A stretch of DNA of 64,000 nucleotides, the filler included, from Collodictyon triciliatum (taxonomy: Eukaryota): NCBI GenBank assembly GCA_043381765.1. It is 18 parts of 18 records of this genome, joined end to end, with 100 filler letters (N's around TTAATTAATTAA, not from the genome) between each part and the next. Parts side by side here need not be neighbours in the genome. Positions count along the whole stretch, not along the records: positions 10,835 to 14,293 come from JBHJMP010007297.1; positions 14,394 to 17,851 come from JBHJMP010007298.1; positions 17,952 to 21,408 come from JBHJMP010007299.1; positions 21,509 to 24,964 come from JBHJMP010007300.1; positions 25,065 to 28,518 come from JBHJMP010007301.1; positions 28,619 to 32,071 come from JBHJMP010007302.1; positions 32,172 to 35,623 come from JBHJMP010007303.1; 11 more parts are not named here. One strand, given 5' to 3'. Positions 12,830-32,384 of the stretch are shown here, one piece after another; the first letter of the stretch is position 1, and each line of letters starts with the position of its first letter. Under the pieces are notes generated by a model. It saw only the letters and a program-made list of their open reading frames with translations, had not been told where the DNA came from and searched no databases. The translations under genes were made by a program, and so were the position numbers.

Positions 12830-14393
12830 ATTTGTGGATCCTAATTACTGTCTTTGATGCGAGGAGTTTTTCCTAACTTAAAAGAAATTACCCCAATTTA
12901 TATACCTTTGCCAATTTTTTTTAATTACCAAGAAAGGTATTGTATAAATAAATTTATATTTGTGTGGTGTTAATATCTATGTGATATGAGTTTCAATGTG
13001 ACAACTTGTTTTTTAAAGATATAAGACTTGATGGAGCAAATGAAATAAACATCACGTAGAAAATTTATGTATGTTACTGTGTATTATATATTCAAACCTT
13101 TCCCCCATAAAGGTGAAGAGGTGCACGTTGAGAACAATTGACCAATTTATGACGAAAAAAATCATAAAGATGATAAACATACCACCCATGTAATTCAAAG
13201 TGCTTAAAATATTTTCCTACCAAAAGAAATTTTTAAAAATTTAGAAAGTATTTTGTATGCCTTTAAAGAATATGATTTTATTCCATTAATTTTTATGCTT
13301 TTGATAATAAATGATTCATTTGATATTTTTAAGGTAATATAATATCTACATAAAACTAAAAAACCATTTGTTTCGCATAGACATGTATTAAAAATGATTA
13401 AAAAAATCAGACTTTGAATCGAATAAAGGAAAAAATTAACTAAAAAAAAATTTAACTGCGCATACAATTCATGAAAAGAGAAAAATCGGCGGAGTTGAGT
13501 GAGAGATATAATAAAAAAAAATTCGCATCACAGGAAAAGCTTTCACGCTCAACAATCAGATCCATCGAATGAAATATCCCCCCCATTATCATTTAACTCG
13601 TACATTTCAAACCAAATTGACACATTTTTTTGGTAAAGCTATATTTAATCCTGTTTCAAACGTACCCATTCTTTTTTGTGGATACTCCAAAAGGTACAAG
13701 TTGATAGGAATGCAATACTTTGTGAACGATAGTAACAAAAAAAATCAATATGCGTTGCATAAAATTTCATATATATTCCATCAGTTAAACACTTCTCTTA
13801 TTAAAAATATGTGCATTTTTCACATGAATAACGTATTATTTGTAAAGAAAAGTGAAACAAAATTAAATTTTCCTTGTTTTGTTTCATCGATTTTTATATA
13901 ACCTGGAAAAATGCTCAGAATTTAATGAAGCGGTAAGTGTTTTTTTTTTTAATTCTGAAAATCTTATCTGTTGAGCCCGTCTCAACAATCTTTCATTCAA
14001 CCATCAGGCAAGTAGTTCCAAAGTAGGTGGGATGTGTGGGAGATAGAAAAAAGAGAAACAGGGATAAAGATAAAAGGAAAAAAAAAAGAGAGGTCCTTGA
14101 GGCTTGATAAGAGACGCATGGATTTCTTTTGGGGACGCGTGATAATGTCCAGCGAGCATGAGAAAAAAAGGGACGGGTGATATATATTGGATGGAGGAGG
14201 GGGAATACTGCTTTGATGGCGCAAGCTGTCGAAAAGGATGGTGAAAAGAGAAGTGAGGTTCGTTTGATAAGCACTAGGTCGAGTGCAAAGAGANNNNNNN
14301 NNNNNNNNNNNNNNNNNNNNNNNNNNNNNNNNNNNNNTTAATTAATTAANNNNNNNNNNNNNNNNNNNNNNNNNNNNNNNNNNNNNNNNNNNN

Positions 14394-14507
14394 AAGAGAA
14401 GAGAAGAGAAGAGAAGAGAAGAGAAGAGAAGAGAAGAGAAGAGAAGAGAAGAGAAGAGAAGAGAAGAGAAGAGAAGAGAAGAGAAGAGAAGAGAAGAGAA
14501 GAGAAGA
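14394..14507 (+). repeat. (AAGAG)n microsatellite
   Basis: Directly visible at contig start. Confidence 0.95.
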
Positions 14508-14599
14508 TTTCTACATTATAAACATCTACCCAGAGTCATGAAACCAGTAGATTTGGTTATACATTTTAATATAGACTTAATCGTATTCATAATAATCAC

Positions 14600-17648
<3,049 letters not shown>

Positions 17649-17777
17649 CTACGTAGCAGGTAACTGAAAGAAACCCATGCCAACGTGACAGAAATGTATT
17701 CATATATTAGTTATGTTGTACTCTCTTTAAACCATCTCTGAACTTACATGGTTTGTTTTTTTGTTTTGCACTTATTG

Positions 17778-17851
<74 letters not shown>

Positions 17852-17951
17852 NNNNNNNNNNNNNNNNNNNNNNNNNNNNNNNNNNNNNNNNNNNNTTAAT
17901 TAATTAANNNNNNNNNNNNNNNNNNNNNNNNNNNNNNNNNNNNNNNNNNNN

Positions 17952-18015
<64 letters not shown>

Positions 18016-18689
18016 AGAAGAAAACAAAACAACAAAAAGTAAACAAAAAGAAATGTAGTGAGCAGGTGAATGTCAAAGAAAAAACCGAGACTAATCGCAC
18101 TGTGGAGCCAATAAACCAACACAACAAAACAACAAAACACTTCGCCGAATAATCAAACAACTGCTTATGCAACAGACAACAGTGCAGTCAGTCAAGATAC
18201 CGGGAGCCTTCAAGTAAGTCGATGAATAAAATATAAGACAGAATAAAGGCTCACAGAGTGAGTGCATGTATCGTTACAGCCCACCATCATCATGGGCGCA
18301 AAAAGAAAAAGAAAAGATTGTGTCCACGAAGCTGACATTCCAACATTTAACTAGGCGAAAAAAAAATAATATGAATGAATCAAATAAAAGCAAACACCTC
18401 AGTAGCACAATGATAACCAACACATAATCATTCTTTTCGCCTGTGATACATTCTCAAGGTCGATTATCAAACAAACAGGAGATGTGTCACGTTTATCGGC
18501 AACTGCTGGAAAGGTTAGGTTTTTTTTTTATTCTTTTCATCCAGCCTCTGCGAACAAGCTAGCAATCATCTGCACTCATTCAGTTTGGCTGTCATCGGGC
18601 TAGTACTCACTTGTACTTGTTTTGTGGAAAGGGTGGTGTATGGGTGGATGAATGGGTTGTTTAGATGGGGTGGGTGACAGACGAGCCAC

Positions 18690-21408
18690 TTATCGGGTCA
18701 GCATCTTCTGTGCAATCATCATTTGCTTTTCTGAAAGCTTCGTATGAGGATGGTCTGCGCCATACACAGTCTTGAATATTGTGTTGGCTTTTTGGTACAT
18801 GTCCACAGCCTCTTGGTATTTTTTCTGGCTCTTGTAAACCACTCCAATATTCCCATATGTATTGGCAACACTAGAGTGATTTTCTCCAAACACTTTCAGC
18901 TGAATTTCCAATGATTTGTGGTAGTATTCCAGGGCTTTGTCATTCCTATTAAATAATAAGTTAATGAAAGATAAATATAAATACATAATAAATAAAAAAA
19001 ATACTTCCTGAGCTGACGAAAAATTTCTCCAATGTTATTATATGAAGTGGCAACATCAGGGTGTACTTCTCCAAACACTTTCAGCTTAATTTCCAGTGAT
19101 TTGTGAAAGTACTCCAGTGCTTTTTCATTACTATTAAATTATAAGTTAATGAAAGGATAAGCATAAATATAGTCAAATAACAGATACTTTCCAATATTCT
19201 TGTAAACGGTTCCAATATTATTATATGATTTAGCAACATCAGGGTGGACTTCTCCAAACACTTTCAGTTGAATTTCAAATGATTTGTGGTAGTACTCCAG
19301 AGCTTTATCATGTCTATTAAATAATAAGTTAATGAAATGATAAACATAAATATAAAAAAAATAAAAGATACTTTCCAAGATTATTGTAAACTATCCCAAT
19401 ATTATTATATGACGTGGCAACATCAGGGTGGACTTCTCCAAACACCTTCAGCTTAATTTCCAGTGATTTGTGAAAGTACTCCAGTGCTTTTTCATTACTA
19501 TTAAATTATAAGCCAAAATAAATGATAAATATAACACATAATCAAATAAATCATACTTTCTGAGCTGACGAAAAACTTCTCCAATGTTATTATACGATTT
19601 GGCAACATTTGGGTGTACTTCTCCAAACACTTTCAGCTTAATTTCCAATGATTTGTGGTAGTACTCCAGAGCTTTGTCATTCCTATTAAATAATAAGTTA
19701 ACGAAAGATAAACATTAAAAGATAGTCAAATAAAAGATACTTTCCAAGGTTATTGTAAACGGCTCCAATATTATTATATGATTTAGCAACATCAGGGTGG
19801 ACTTCTCCAAACACTTTCAGCTTAATTTCCAATGATTTGTGGTAGTACTCCAGAGCTTTATCATTTCTATTAAATAATAAGTTAATGAAAGATAAACATT
19901 AAAAGATAGTCTAATAAAAGATACTTTCCAAGGTTATTGTAAACGGCTCCAATATTATTATATGATTTGGCAACATCAGGGCGGACTTCTCCAAAGACTT
20001 TCAGTTGAATTTCCAATGATTTGTGGTAGTACTCCAGAGCTTTATCATGCCTATTAAATAATAAGTTAACGAAGGATAAATATAAATACATAATCGAATA
20101 ATAAAGGAAAAAAATAAATACATAATCGAATAAAACATACTTTCCAAGGTTATTGTAAACTATCCCAATGTTATTATATGATTTGGCAACATCAGGGTGT
20201 ACTTCTCCAAACACTTTCAGTTGAATTTCCAATGATTTGTGGTGGTACTCCAGAGCTTTGTCATTCCTATTAAATAATGAGTTAAAGAAAGGATAAATAT
20301 AAATACATAATCAAATAAAACATACTTTCCGAGGTCATCGTAAACTACCCCAATGTTATTATATGAAGCGGCAACATTTGGGTGAATTTCTCCAAACACT
20401 TTCAGCTTAATTTTCAATGATTTGTGGTAGTACTCAAGGGCTTTTTCATTCCTATTAAACGATAAGTCAAATAAATGATAAATATAACACATAATCGAAT
20501 AAAACATACTTTCCAAGGTCACTGTAAACCAACCCTAGAAAATTCATATTTTTGCTATTCGAACCTAATAAAAAAGCCAACCAAAAGTTAGCAACACACC
20601 CATAAAATCCAAATCAACTGACCAAACCCTCATCCGTCTCAACAGAAATGCGATGCTCAAGAATCGGAATCAAAAAGGCATTCTCTTGAATTTGTCGGAA
20701 GTAACTGACCAATGCAGAGCCAGCAGGATTCAATTGCTGTTGTACATATCCATTAATATAAATTCATTGTTGATACATATAATTGAGTTTTATCACCTTG
20801 GCCAACTCACAATAGACAACTTTGTGGTCATAACCGTTCTTATTCAGCGCTCTCCAGCATTCATAAAACTCGAAGCGATAGTTGTCATCCAGCATGCTCA
20901 TAACAGCCTAAAAAAGACTATATTACAACACATGCCACAGTAAAAAATAATAATGAATTCCACCAACCTTTTCATTCTTAATAAAATCCACTAGTGTATT
21001 ATATTCGCTCGAAATCCTCGGATTGTGGCATATTTCGGCAACAACACTCTTGTCTTCAGTGTCAGAGCCGTATTCACCCAGCAGCCACAATCCGTATTCA
21101 CGTGCTTTACTTGTTGTGTATGCTTCATCCTTAAAGTATCTCTCTTTGATGGATTGTGTCAGCAGCTGGTGAGAGAACGCGTATCTGTGATAAGATATTG
21201 TGATAAGCAATGACGACCATTAATAAACATATGAATACCCATATCACCTCCCATTCCTCACAAAGAGCGAATCCAGCAAGACAAAAAGAAATGATTTCCT
21301 AAAATAAAAAATACGATTTATCAAAAGTGACACATATGAATCATATGACAGGAATCGATATACCAGGTTGCATGGTTGATTTGCATGTGAATTTGGTGAA
21401 GTCGATGC
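18690..21408 (-). CDS. NPHP3/NACHT-associated protein, C-terminal part with tandem 42-aa TPR repeats (kinesin-light-chain-type); 5' part missing
   Basis: KSFLFVLLDSLFVRNG/RYAFSHQLL region shared with the NACHT gene in the next contig, then eight 126-nt TPR exons (19005-20451) and a terminal exon 18690-18945 ending ...GADHPHTKLSEKQMMIAQKMLTR*. Confidence 0.88.
19005..20451 (-). repeat. Tandem ~185-bp exon+intron repeat, 8 copies
   Basis: Near-identical 126-nt exons separated by similar ~57-60-nt GT-AG introns (one ~90 nt). Confidence 0.95.
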
Positions 21409-21508
21409 NNNNNNNNNNNNNNNNNNNNNNNNNNNNNNNNNNNNNNNNNNNNTTAATTAATTAANNNNNNNNNNNNNNNNNNNNNNNNNNNNNNNNNNNN
21501 NNNNNNNN

Positions 21509-24500
21509 CATAGTTCTGGTACGATGTTGCGACAAGAGGATGCTCGTTTCCGACTTTCTTTTGGCGAATTTCCATGGCCTTTGTGTATTCAACCAGAGCT
21601 TGCTCATTCCTATGATAAAAAATTGATCAGCATACCTATATCTACAAAATAATATAAGAAATGAAAATTAATAAAAGTGTTACTTTGACTGCTTCGCATA
21701 GATATCTCCGAAGCGGTCATGAGATTGGGCTACTTGCAAGTCGTTCTCGCCTAGTTGTTTGATTCTCAGTTCCAACGATTTCTTGTATTCATCGAGGGCT
21801 TCATCAATTCTATTTCATGAGCAAATCAGAATAATTCTTATTTTTGAAACGCTATAATATAATATTTTTAAAGTTGAAAGCGAGCCTTACTTATCCTGTT
21901 GCTGGTAGATAGTTCCCATCTCTTCATGAATGATGGCAATACGCAGGGTATAATCTTCATTTTTTTCCAATGAATTAAGGCACTTCTTGTAGTAGACCAT
22001 GGATTCAGACCAGCTGTTTTATTTTAGAAATTGAACATTATATTTAATAATCATGTCTTAATCGATAATGAGGAATATACATTTTTTTTTTTTACTTTTG
22101 GAGGTTCTTGTAGACACGACCAAGATTCAGGTGATCAGCAGCCTTTGAATCTATAAGATAATAAGGCTCAATTTCTACATACATAATTATCATCAGAATG
22201 TGGATTCTTCAAAGAAATTTTATGAACCGCATACCTTCTTTTTGATGCCTTCCAAGACGCACATTCAGAACAGACAACAAGAACGAGTTCTCAAAAGACT
22301 CCAAGAAAAATCCAACCAGCAGGTCTCCCACTTTATCCAAAGACTGAAAAAATAAAAGGTAAATCATGATTGATAATTACATTTTGTAAGTTGTAACCTT
22401 CAAAAATTAAAATAAAACAATAAATTACCTTCGCCAAGCTTCCATAGACATCTTTGTAGTTTGCCACCCCACTTGCGTTGATTGCTCTCCAGCATATAAA
22501 GAACTCGTAGCGATAGCGGCCACCAAGCATGATACTGATAACCTATAAAATTTTCAAAAATTAATAAGTGAAAATCGTCTCATTATGACTGAAATACTCG
22601 AATAAAAAATAAAAAATAATAATAAAATTACATGTTTTTGCTTCATGTATTCGACAAGCAAGTCAAACGAACTGCCCTTCAGAAGCTGGTAGCATATCTC
22701 AGCAGCAAGCTCCTCATCCACATCAACAGCCTCAGAATACTGGCCAAACAGCCATTTTCCGTATTTTTCATGGGTTTTTCCATCTCCTGGTTTTCAGAGA
22801 AGTAGACCTTTTCGGTGGTCTCCAGCAGCAGCTGGTGGAAGTACATGTATCTATGATAGACAATAATTAGCTTTATATCGAAAATAAAATTATACCAAAA
22901 AAGCGCCGATTAACGAACAAAAGGATAGTGAAATAAAACCAACCTTCCATTACGAACGAAAAGCGACTCGATGAGGATAAAGAAGAAGGATTTCCTATTT
23001 TAATGAATAAAAGATAAGTTAAAGAAAAAAGAAAATGAGAAAGGGTAAACCCTATTCATTCTATTAAAATTCAAGAGTAAGAAAACCATTCAGCAAGCTC
23101 GAATCCTGCGCCAATCGCGTCTTTCATGTACTTGTCCAGGTCACCTTCACTCAGGCCGATGCGGGAGACAAAGAGAACCTTCATCGAGAGGGAGACATAC
23201 CCGACCTTCATTGTCTCTTTTCCATCAGTTGTGGCGACTGTAATAAAAAACAATCAACAAATGTGGCAATTATAATTATTTACTTTTTTGTGAAATATGA
23301 AACCAATACTCACCTTTCCTGTCAAACTTCAGTTGCCAGCGCTTGATAATGAGAGTGTAAAGCTCAATGACACCATCAGTTGAAAGCAGAGTAAACAGTT
23401 CATCATCAAGCTTCTCATAAACTCCAAAGACCCTGACTTCATCCAGAATGATGCGGAGATAGAGCGGATGGCCTATAAAAATATCAGATAAGAATAACTA
23501 AATCATTGCTTGGAAAATTAAATCTTTAATCAAAATATATACTCTTATTAAAAAAATGTCTCACCAGTATCTTCAAAGTCTGCCAGAATCATTCCAACTT
23601 GCTTTTCGTTCAGGGTCTTGTCATAGCGGATGAGGAAGGATTCGACACCATCCTTAATTTCGCCCTCGGTCAATTTGGCGACAGGAATCGGATCCAGTCC
23701 ACTTTGCTTGGCAGACTTATGACAGATATTTTAATTAATCTTCCACTCAAATCATTTTTATGCAGAATACAAACATATCTCAAATTAATTAAATGATGAA
23801 TACCGCGCAAGATTCATGGGTATGAATGGTCGACACAACCATCGCAACATTAGCTGGCGTTTCTTTGGGCAACCAGGTCAGCAGATGCGGAGCTGGCGTT
23901 CCTTGCGACGGGTGGATTTGGTTGATGGCATCGATGAGAAAGACAAACTTCTCGTCCCTATAATACATAGTTTATTACCAATTTTTTATTCGATTCTAGT
24001 ATTTTAATTTTGATTTTATAATTAAAAAATACAAAAAAAATTGAAATATTACTTGTTTTTCTCCTGAATCATCTTTAGCAAGCCCTGGAGTCCCTCTTTT
24101 TCGTATTCTGGTGGCAAAATAAAATAAATGCATGAATAATTATGCGATGTTTGAATTAAAAATATAAAAAAATAAAATAAAATACAATACCAGCTTCTTG
24201 CTTCTTCTGCTCGACAAAGTTGGCAGAGTTTGTGACCAAAGTCCAGAAGCGAATCGAGACGCTAAAATAAAACAAATATTTTTAGAAAAAACTATATAAT
24301 ATATTTATATCTATAAAAACAAAAAGAAACAAATAACCTTTCCACGTAGTTGCTGAGGTTGGTGCATCTAACAAAATGAAAAAAGACATGCAGCCCAGGA
24401 TGCTTCAGCTCTTCGAGGTCTCTCGCTGTAGCAGCCATGAGCGACGACTTTCCAATCCCAGACTCGGCAGTAAGAACGATGATTTTGGATTTCTCGGTGC

Positions 24501-24927
24501 TCAGCTGATTCATGGCCTAATTAAAAAAAATTAAAAGATAAGAAAAGAATAGCAAAAGATATTATTGTCATTTTTAATTCAACTGCTCTTTATCTTACTT
24601 GCTCCGTGATTGTCTTGAGAAGCTCCTTTCTTCCACCAAACCCGGCCAGTCGATGCATCTTGAACTGGTGCTGCGCTTGGTCTTCAGGGTCTCTCACCTA
24701 TGATATAATTATGTCAACAAAATGTAAATGAAATATACATCACCAATCAATACTGATCAATATAAATCTATAAAAATTATAAAAATACCGTTTGATTCCC
24801 AAAGTCACGCTCGATGGCGTGGGTGAGATGGTAGGTCACAAAGTCCGAATACTCCTTCGCTCCTTTGTAGACAACATGCCCGAACTTGGCCTTGACTTTC
24901 CCTTTGAGCTCGTCCTGCCTCTTACGC
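21509..24927 (-). CDS. NACHT/STAND NTPase (NPHP3/TEP1-like) with C-terminal TPRs; multi-exon, both ends truncated
   Basis: Walker A IIVLTAESGIGKSSLMA, VFFHFVRCT, Walker B LVFLIDAINQI, LLTWLPKETPANVAMVVST, HPLYLRIILDEVRVFG, VLFVSRIGLSE, followed by TPR exons (IDEALDEYKKSLELRIKQLGENDLQVAQSHDRFG). Confidence 0.85.
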
Positions 24928-25234
24928 TAAAATAATACATTAAAATATATGTCAAATAAATCAANNNNNNNNNNNNNNNNNNNNNNNNNNNNNNNNNNNN
25001 NNNNNNNNTTAATTAATTAANNNNNNNNNNNNNNNNNNNNNNNNNNNNNNNNNNNNNNNNNNNNAAAAATAAAAAACAAAAAATAAAAAACAAAAAATAA
25101 AAAACAAAAAATAAAAAACAAAAAACAAAAAACAAAAAACAAAAAACAAAAAACAAAAAACCATAAAAACAAAGAACAAAAAACGACGAAGCACAGGAAT
25201 ATATAAACCCAGCCCCCTCCTCCAGCACCGCCAC

Positions 25235-28200
25235 ATGGGGAATTCGCAAGCCAAGCCCAGTCCAATTCCTGAGGAAGCCCAACGCCGGGCCGACGAGGCA
25301 CGCGCCAAGCAGTTTGATCGCTTGGACCTCAGCCAGCTGGATCTGACCGGCCTGCCCGATCGCGTGCACCTGCCAAGCGTGCGGATCTTTGTCGTGCAGC
25401 GCAATCGCCTGACCCATCTGAGCGCCGTCTTCTGCCAGCGCTGGACGCAGCTGACAACTCTGGATCTGAGCCACAATCTCATCTCTCTGCTTCCCGCCGA
25501 CTTTGTGCGCCTGACGCAGCTTCAGCAGCTCGTGCTGACCGGCAACGAGCTGCAGGATCTCGACGAGAATGCGCTGCTTCTGCTGGGCCAGTTGCGCAGA
25601 CTCGAGGCTGGCAACAATCGCCTCGCGCGCATCCCAGCAAGTCTGTTCCGCTGCACAGCGCTGGAGCTCGCCGTCTTCCGGGGCAATCAAGTGCAGCTCT
25701 TGCCTTTACCCATGCAGATGCAGATGCAGATGCAACCGCCATCGTCCCGGCCCGCGGCGCATCCGACAGATATTTGCCGCCTGGCCCATCTCACACGCCT
25801 CGACATAGCTCGCAACCGCATCGAAGTGCTGCCGCTGGCCATGCTCGATGCAATGCCCGTATTGGCCGTTCTCCAGGCCTCCGCCAACCTGATTCACACT
25901 ATTGCAGCCGAACCGCACAATGCGACTTCTTTGCTCTCCGCCACGAGTCACCAGCCACTCAGCGCAACCACAGATGCGTCGCTCATTTCGCCGCGGAAGC
26001 TGGGCTCGTTCAAACCTTCACCCGAGTCACCGCGGCCATCACAGTTACAGAGCACACAGCATAACCCCCATGTATCTGCATCCTCCGAGCCACCCTCATT
26101 TCCAACTTCACTGCAGTCGCTGGATCTGCAAGAGAATGCACTTCTATCCATGCCAGAGTTTACGCTGTTAATGAAAAACATCGTCACTCTGAATCTCTCC
26201 AGAAACAGACTCACCGCATTGCCATCTCCTTTGTCTCAGCTAGTGTCGCTGGAGTCACTCATCCTCTCGTTCAACAGGCTCTTTGCCTTGCCTAAGGAAA
26301 TCAGCGTCCTCACCAGTCTCGATGAGCTTGATGTATCAAACAACATCTTGCTTTCGCTTCCCAGCGCCATCGGTGCTATGAGATGTCTTCGAAAGCTGCA
26401 GGCCCAACGCAATCAGATATCCGTGCTCAGTCCTTCCATTTGGATGCTGCCGTCTATCCGTGTCATTAATCTCACGTCAAACAAGATATCTGCTCTCCCA
26501 CCAATCAACGCTGATCAGGCACCCATTACGGGATGCTTGGCCGAATTGTATCTGAGTGATAACAATATCACCGAATTTCCGACGTCTCTGATCCACCTTT
26601 CCAGTTTGACTGCACTTGGGCTGTCATATAATCAGATTCCATCCCTGCCTGAAGGTATCGATAAGCTCGCCTACCTGCGATCACTGTTTCTGTCTGGTGA
26701 GCACTTCAATTTCCACTTATATGTGCAAGTTTCTTTATCTTTTTCTTTTCGTAACATCTTATCTCGTTACCAATTTCGTGACATTGTGTTTTCTTCATTT
26801 CGGTGAATTGAAATATGACGAATCAACTAGGAAATCAACTGTGGGATTTACCAGAGAAACTGAAGGACATCTTCGGACTCAGTTGGATTGTAAGACGGAT
26901 TACTTTCGTTTTTTAATTGTTGTTATCGTTGCTATCGTTTCTTCCCCCCTTTAATGTTACAAATTCAAACAAATTTAATGAGTGGAAGCACGATGTGTTC
27001 AGTAGCAGTTTTACACAGCTGCAAATAGAACGCCTTATAATAATGAGAATATCCCATCAAACATGTTTCGCGCTAAGGTCTAACTTTTTCCCCCTATTTT
27101 CCCTCAGTATATCAACCACAACCGTCTACGCGATCTTCCTTCTGTAATTTCGGATATGCCCCTGGAGATTATTGACTTCACCGGAATCGATGCTGCATCC
27201 GTTAAGTATACCAAAAACCCTTTATTCGATATGAAAGATTTCATTTCCAGAACCATTTCGTACATCTTGATAGATGTTTGTTAAAAGCCTCTATGCAACC
27301 ATCCTAATTTTAATTGTATTCACAGAGAAACACTACCCAGTGCCGATGCTTCGTGTGAGTATACTGAATCGAATTTGTGAAAACACAAAAGAAAGTCCAG
27401 TGCTTTCTTAAAAAAAAACAATCGAATAATTAGAGACATTTTACAATGAAAAGTTGAAATTTCATTCTTGACGTTATATTTCTGCATTGTTCTTGTCATT
27501 TCACAGCTTTCAGTGGCGTTGGGCGTCGGCGGTCAGATGGGTTCCGAGTGCAACCAAAAATAACGCAGAGCATACGTTTTAAGTAAGTTTTTAGAACGAA
27601 GCATCGCCATGTAACAAACGAAATTTCTGATTTCATCTTTGATTTTTACCTGTTCCTAAATTGTATTTGCCTCCAGTGTTGGTTATGCTGAAATGATAGG
27701 CCGAAGACCTGCGATGGAAGATTCGATGGCTATTCGAGGAAACTTTCGAAATTCAAATGGTAGAATAAGCTACTTCATAATATAATTTTTCCATGAAATA
27801 AAAAAAATACTTAATTTCTTTGTGGCAGAGCATACACTCATTGAATCTGTATCGATATATAATCTGTGTAATGGATATATATATTCAATGCAGCCCATCC
27901 TTGTTGTTTGACTCAATCCCTTAATATTATCATTGTGTTTTCCCGAACCATTTAGCCGAGGATTTCTTTGGCGTCTTTGATGGTCATGGTACAGGAGGAA
28001 AAGGAAAGGTCAATAACTATGAGTCTTTTCTTTCTTTTTCTCCTTTTTTTTTTCATCGTAAATCATTTCTCTTATACTTCTCCTTGATGGAAAGGCATAA
28101 TTATTAGTCAAGAAGTGAATCTTGCCTGTAAATAATCAATAACAAGATGTCGTTGATACTTCAGATTGCTGCAGACTACATCGCATACCACATTCCCAGA

Positions 28201-28390
28201 GAGCTTGAGGGGGAGATGGATGCACTGCTTGGAAGTATCAAGGAAGCACCGAAGGCTCAAGGAGGTGTTGCATCTAGGAGGAAATCAAAAGGCAGGCAAC
28301 AGGCTGGTGGGATTTTCTCTACTGTCGCTGAAGTAAACGAAGAAGATGAAGATGGTGCCGATGAAAGCGGAGACGAAAGCGATGAAGAGG
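25235..28390 (+). CDS. LRR + PP2C (PPM) phosphatase domain protein; 3' end truncated
   Basis: Long first exon with many LxxLxLxxNxL repeats; later exons read VGYAEMIGRRPAMEDS and FFGVFDGHG (PP2C motifs 1-2). N-terminus MGNSQAK. Confidence 0.85.
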
Positions 28391-28442
28391 GTATGCTATA
28401 ATCGCTCCTCTTCTCTGAAAGATCGTTAAAGGCAGCAATCCT

Positions 28443-28518
<76 letters not shown>

Positions 28519-28732
28519 NNNNNNNNNNNNNNNNNNNNNNNNNNNNNNNNNNNNNNNNNNNNTTAATTAATTAANNNNNNNNNNNNNNNNNNNNNNNNNN
28601 NNNNNNNNNNNNNNNNNNAGAAAAGAGAGAAAAGAGAGAAAAGAGAGAAAAGAGAGAAAAGAGAGAAAAGAGAGAAAAGAGAGAAAAGAGAGAAAAGAGA
28701 GAAAAGAGAGAAAAGAGAGAAATATATAGCGT

Positions 28733-31798
<3,066 letters not shown>

Positions 31799-32171
31799 CT
31801 GATCGGTATTCATTATATGGGATATGAAATGATGAGACTTTAATGTTCATATATGAGAATTAGTTTTTTCATATGAATATCCGTGGTGAAAAGGAAATAA
31901 AACTAGGCTTTAATAAAAGTATAAATTAGTTAAAGAATGACACTCATAAAATGCAGAGAAAAGAAAAGAAAAGAATAGAAAAGTAAAGAAATATAAACTG
32001 ATTTTGTCAGATTTTGTTTATTTCATATACATTAAATAGTAAAAAAAAAAAAAAAAAACTGAGATTCTTTTNNNNNNNNNNNNNNNNNNNNNNNNNNNNN
32101 NNNNNNNNNNNNNNNTTAATTAATTAANNNNNNNNNNNNNNNNNNNNNNNNNNNNNNNNNNNNNNNNNNNN

Positions 32172-32322
32172 TTTAATTTTAATTTTAATTTTAATTTTAA
32201 TTTTAATTTTAATTTTAATTTTAATTTTAATTTTAATTTTAATTTTAATTTTAATTTTAATTTTAATTTTAATTTTAATTTTAATTTTAATTTTAATTTT
32301 AATTTTAATTTTAATTTTAATT
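32172..32322 (+). repeat. (TTTTAA)n microsatellite
   Basis: Directly visible. Confidence 0.95.
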
Positions 32323-32384
32323 ATATTTCTCTTTTGTAAAATTTCTATAATTTATATTTCTTTACAAGAATATGATATAATTAC

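Noticed and set aside
19005-20451. ~185-bp periodic array as a CRISPR array or non-coding satellite
   Set aside because: The units translate as TPR repeats bounded by canonical splice sites; there are no unique spacers.
18690-24927. The two NACHT/TPR genes as one gene or a tandem cluster
   Set aside because: A spacer separates them, and both contain the same homologous segment, so they are paralogs with unknown linkage.
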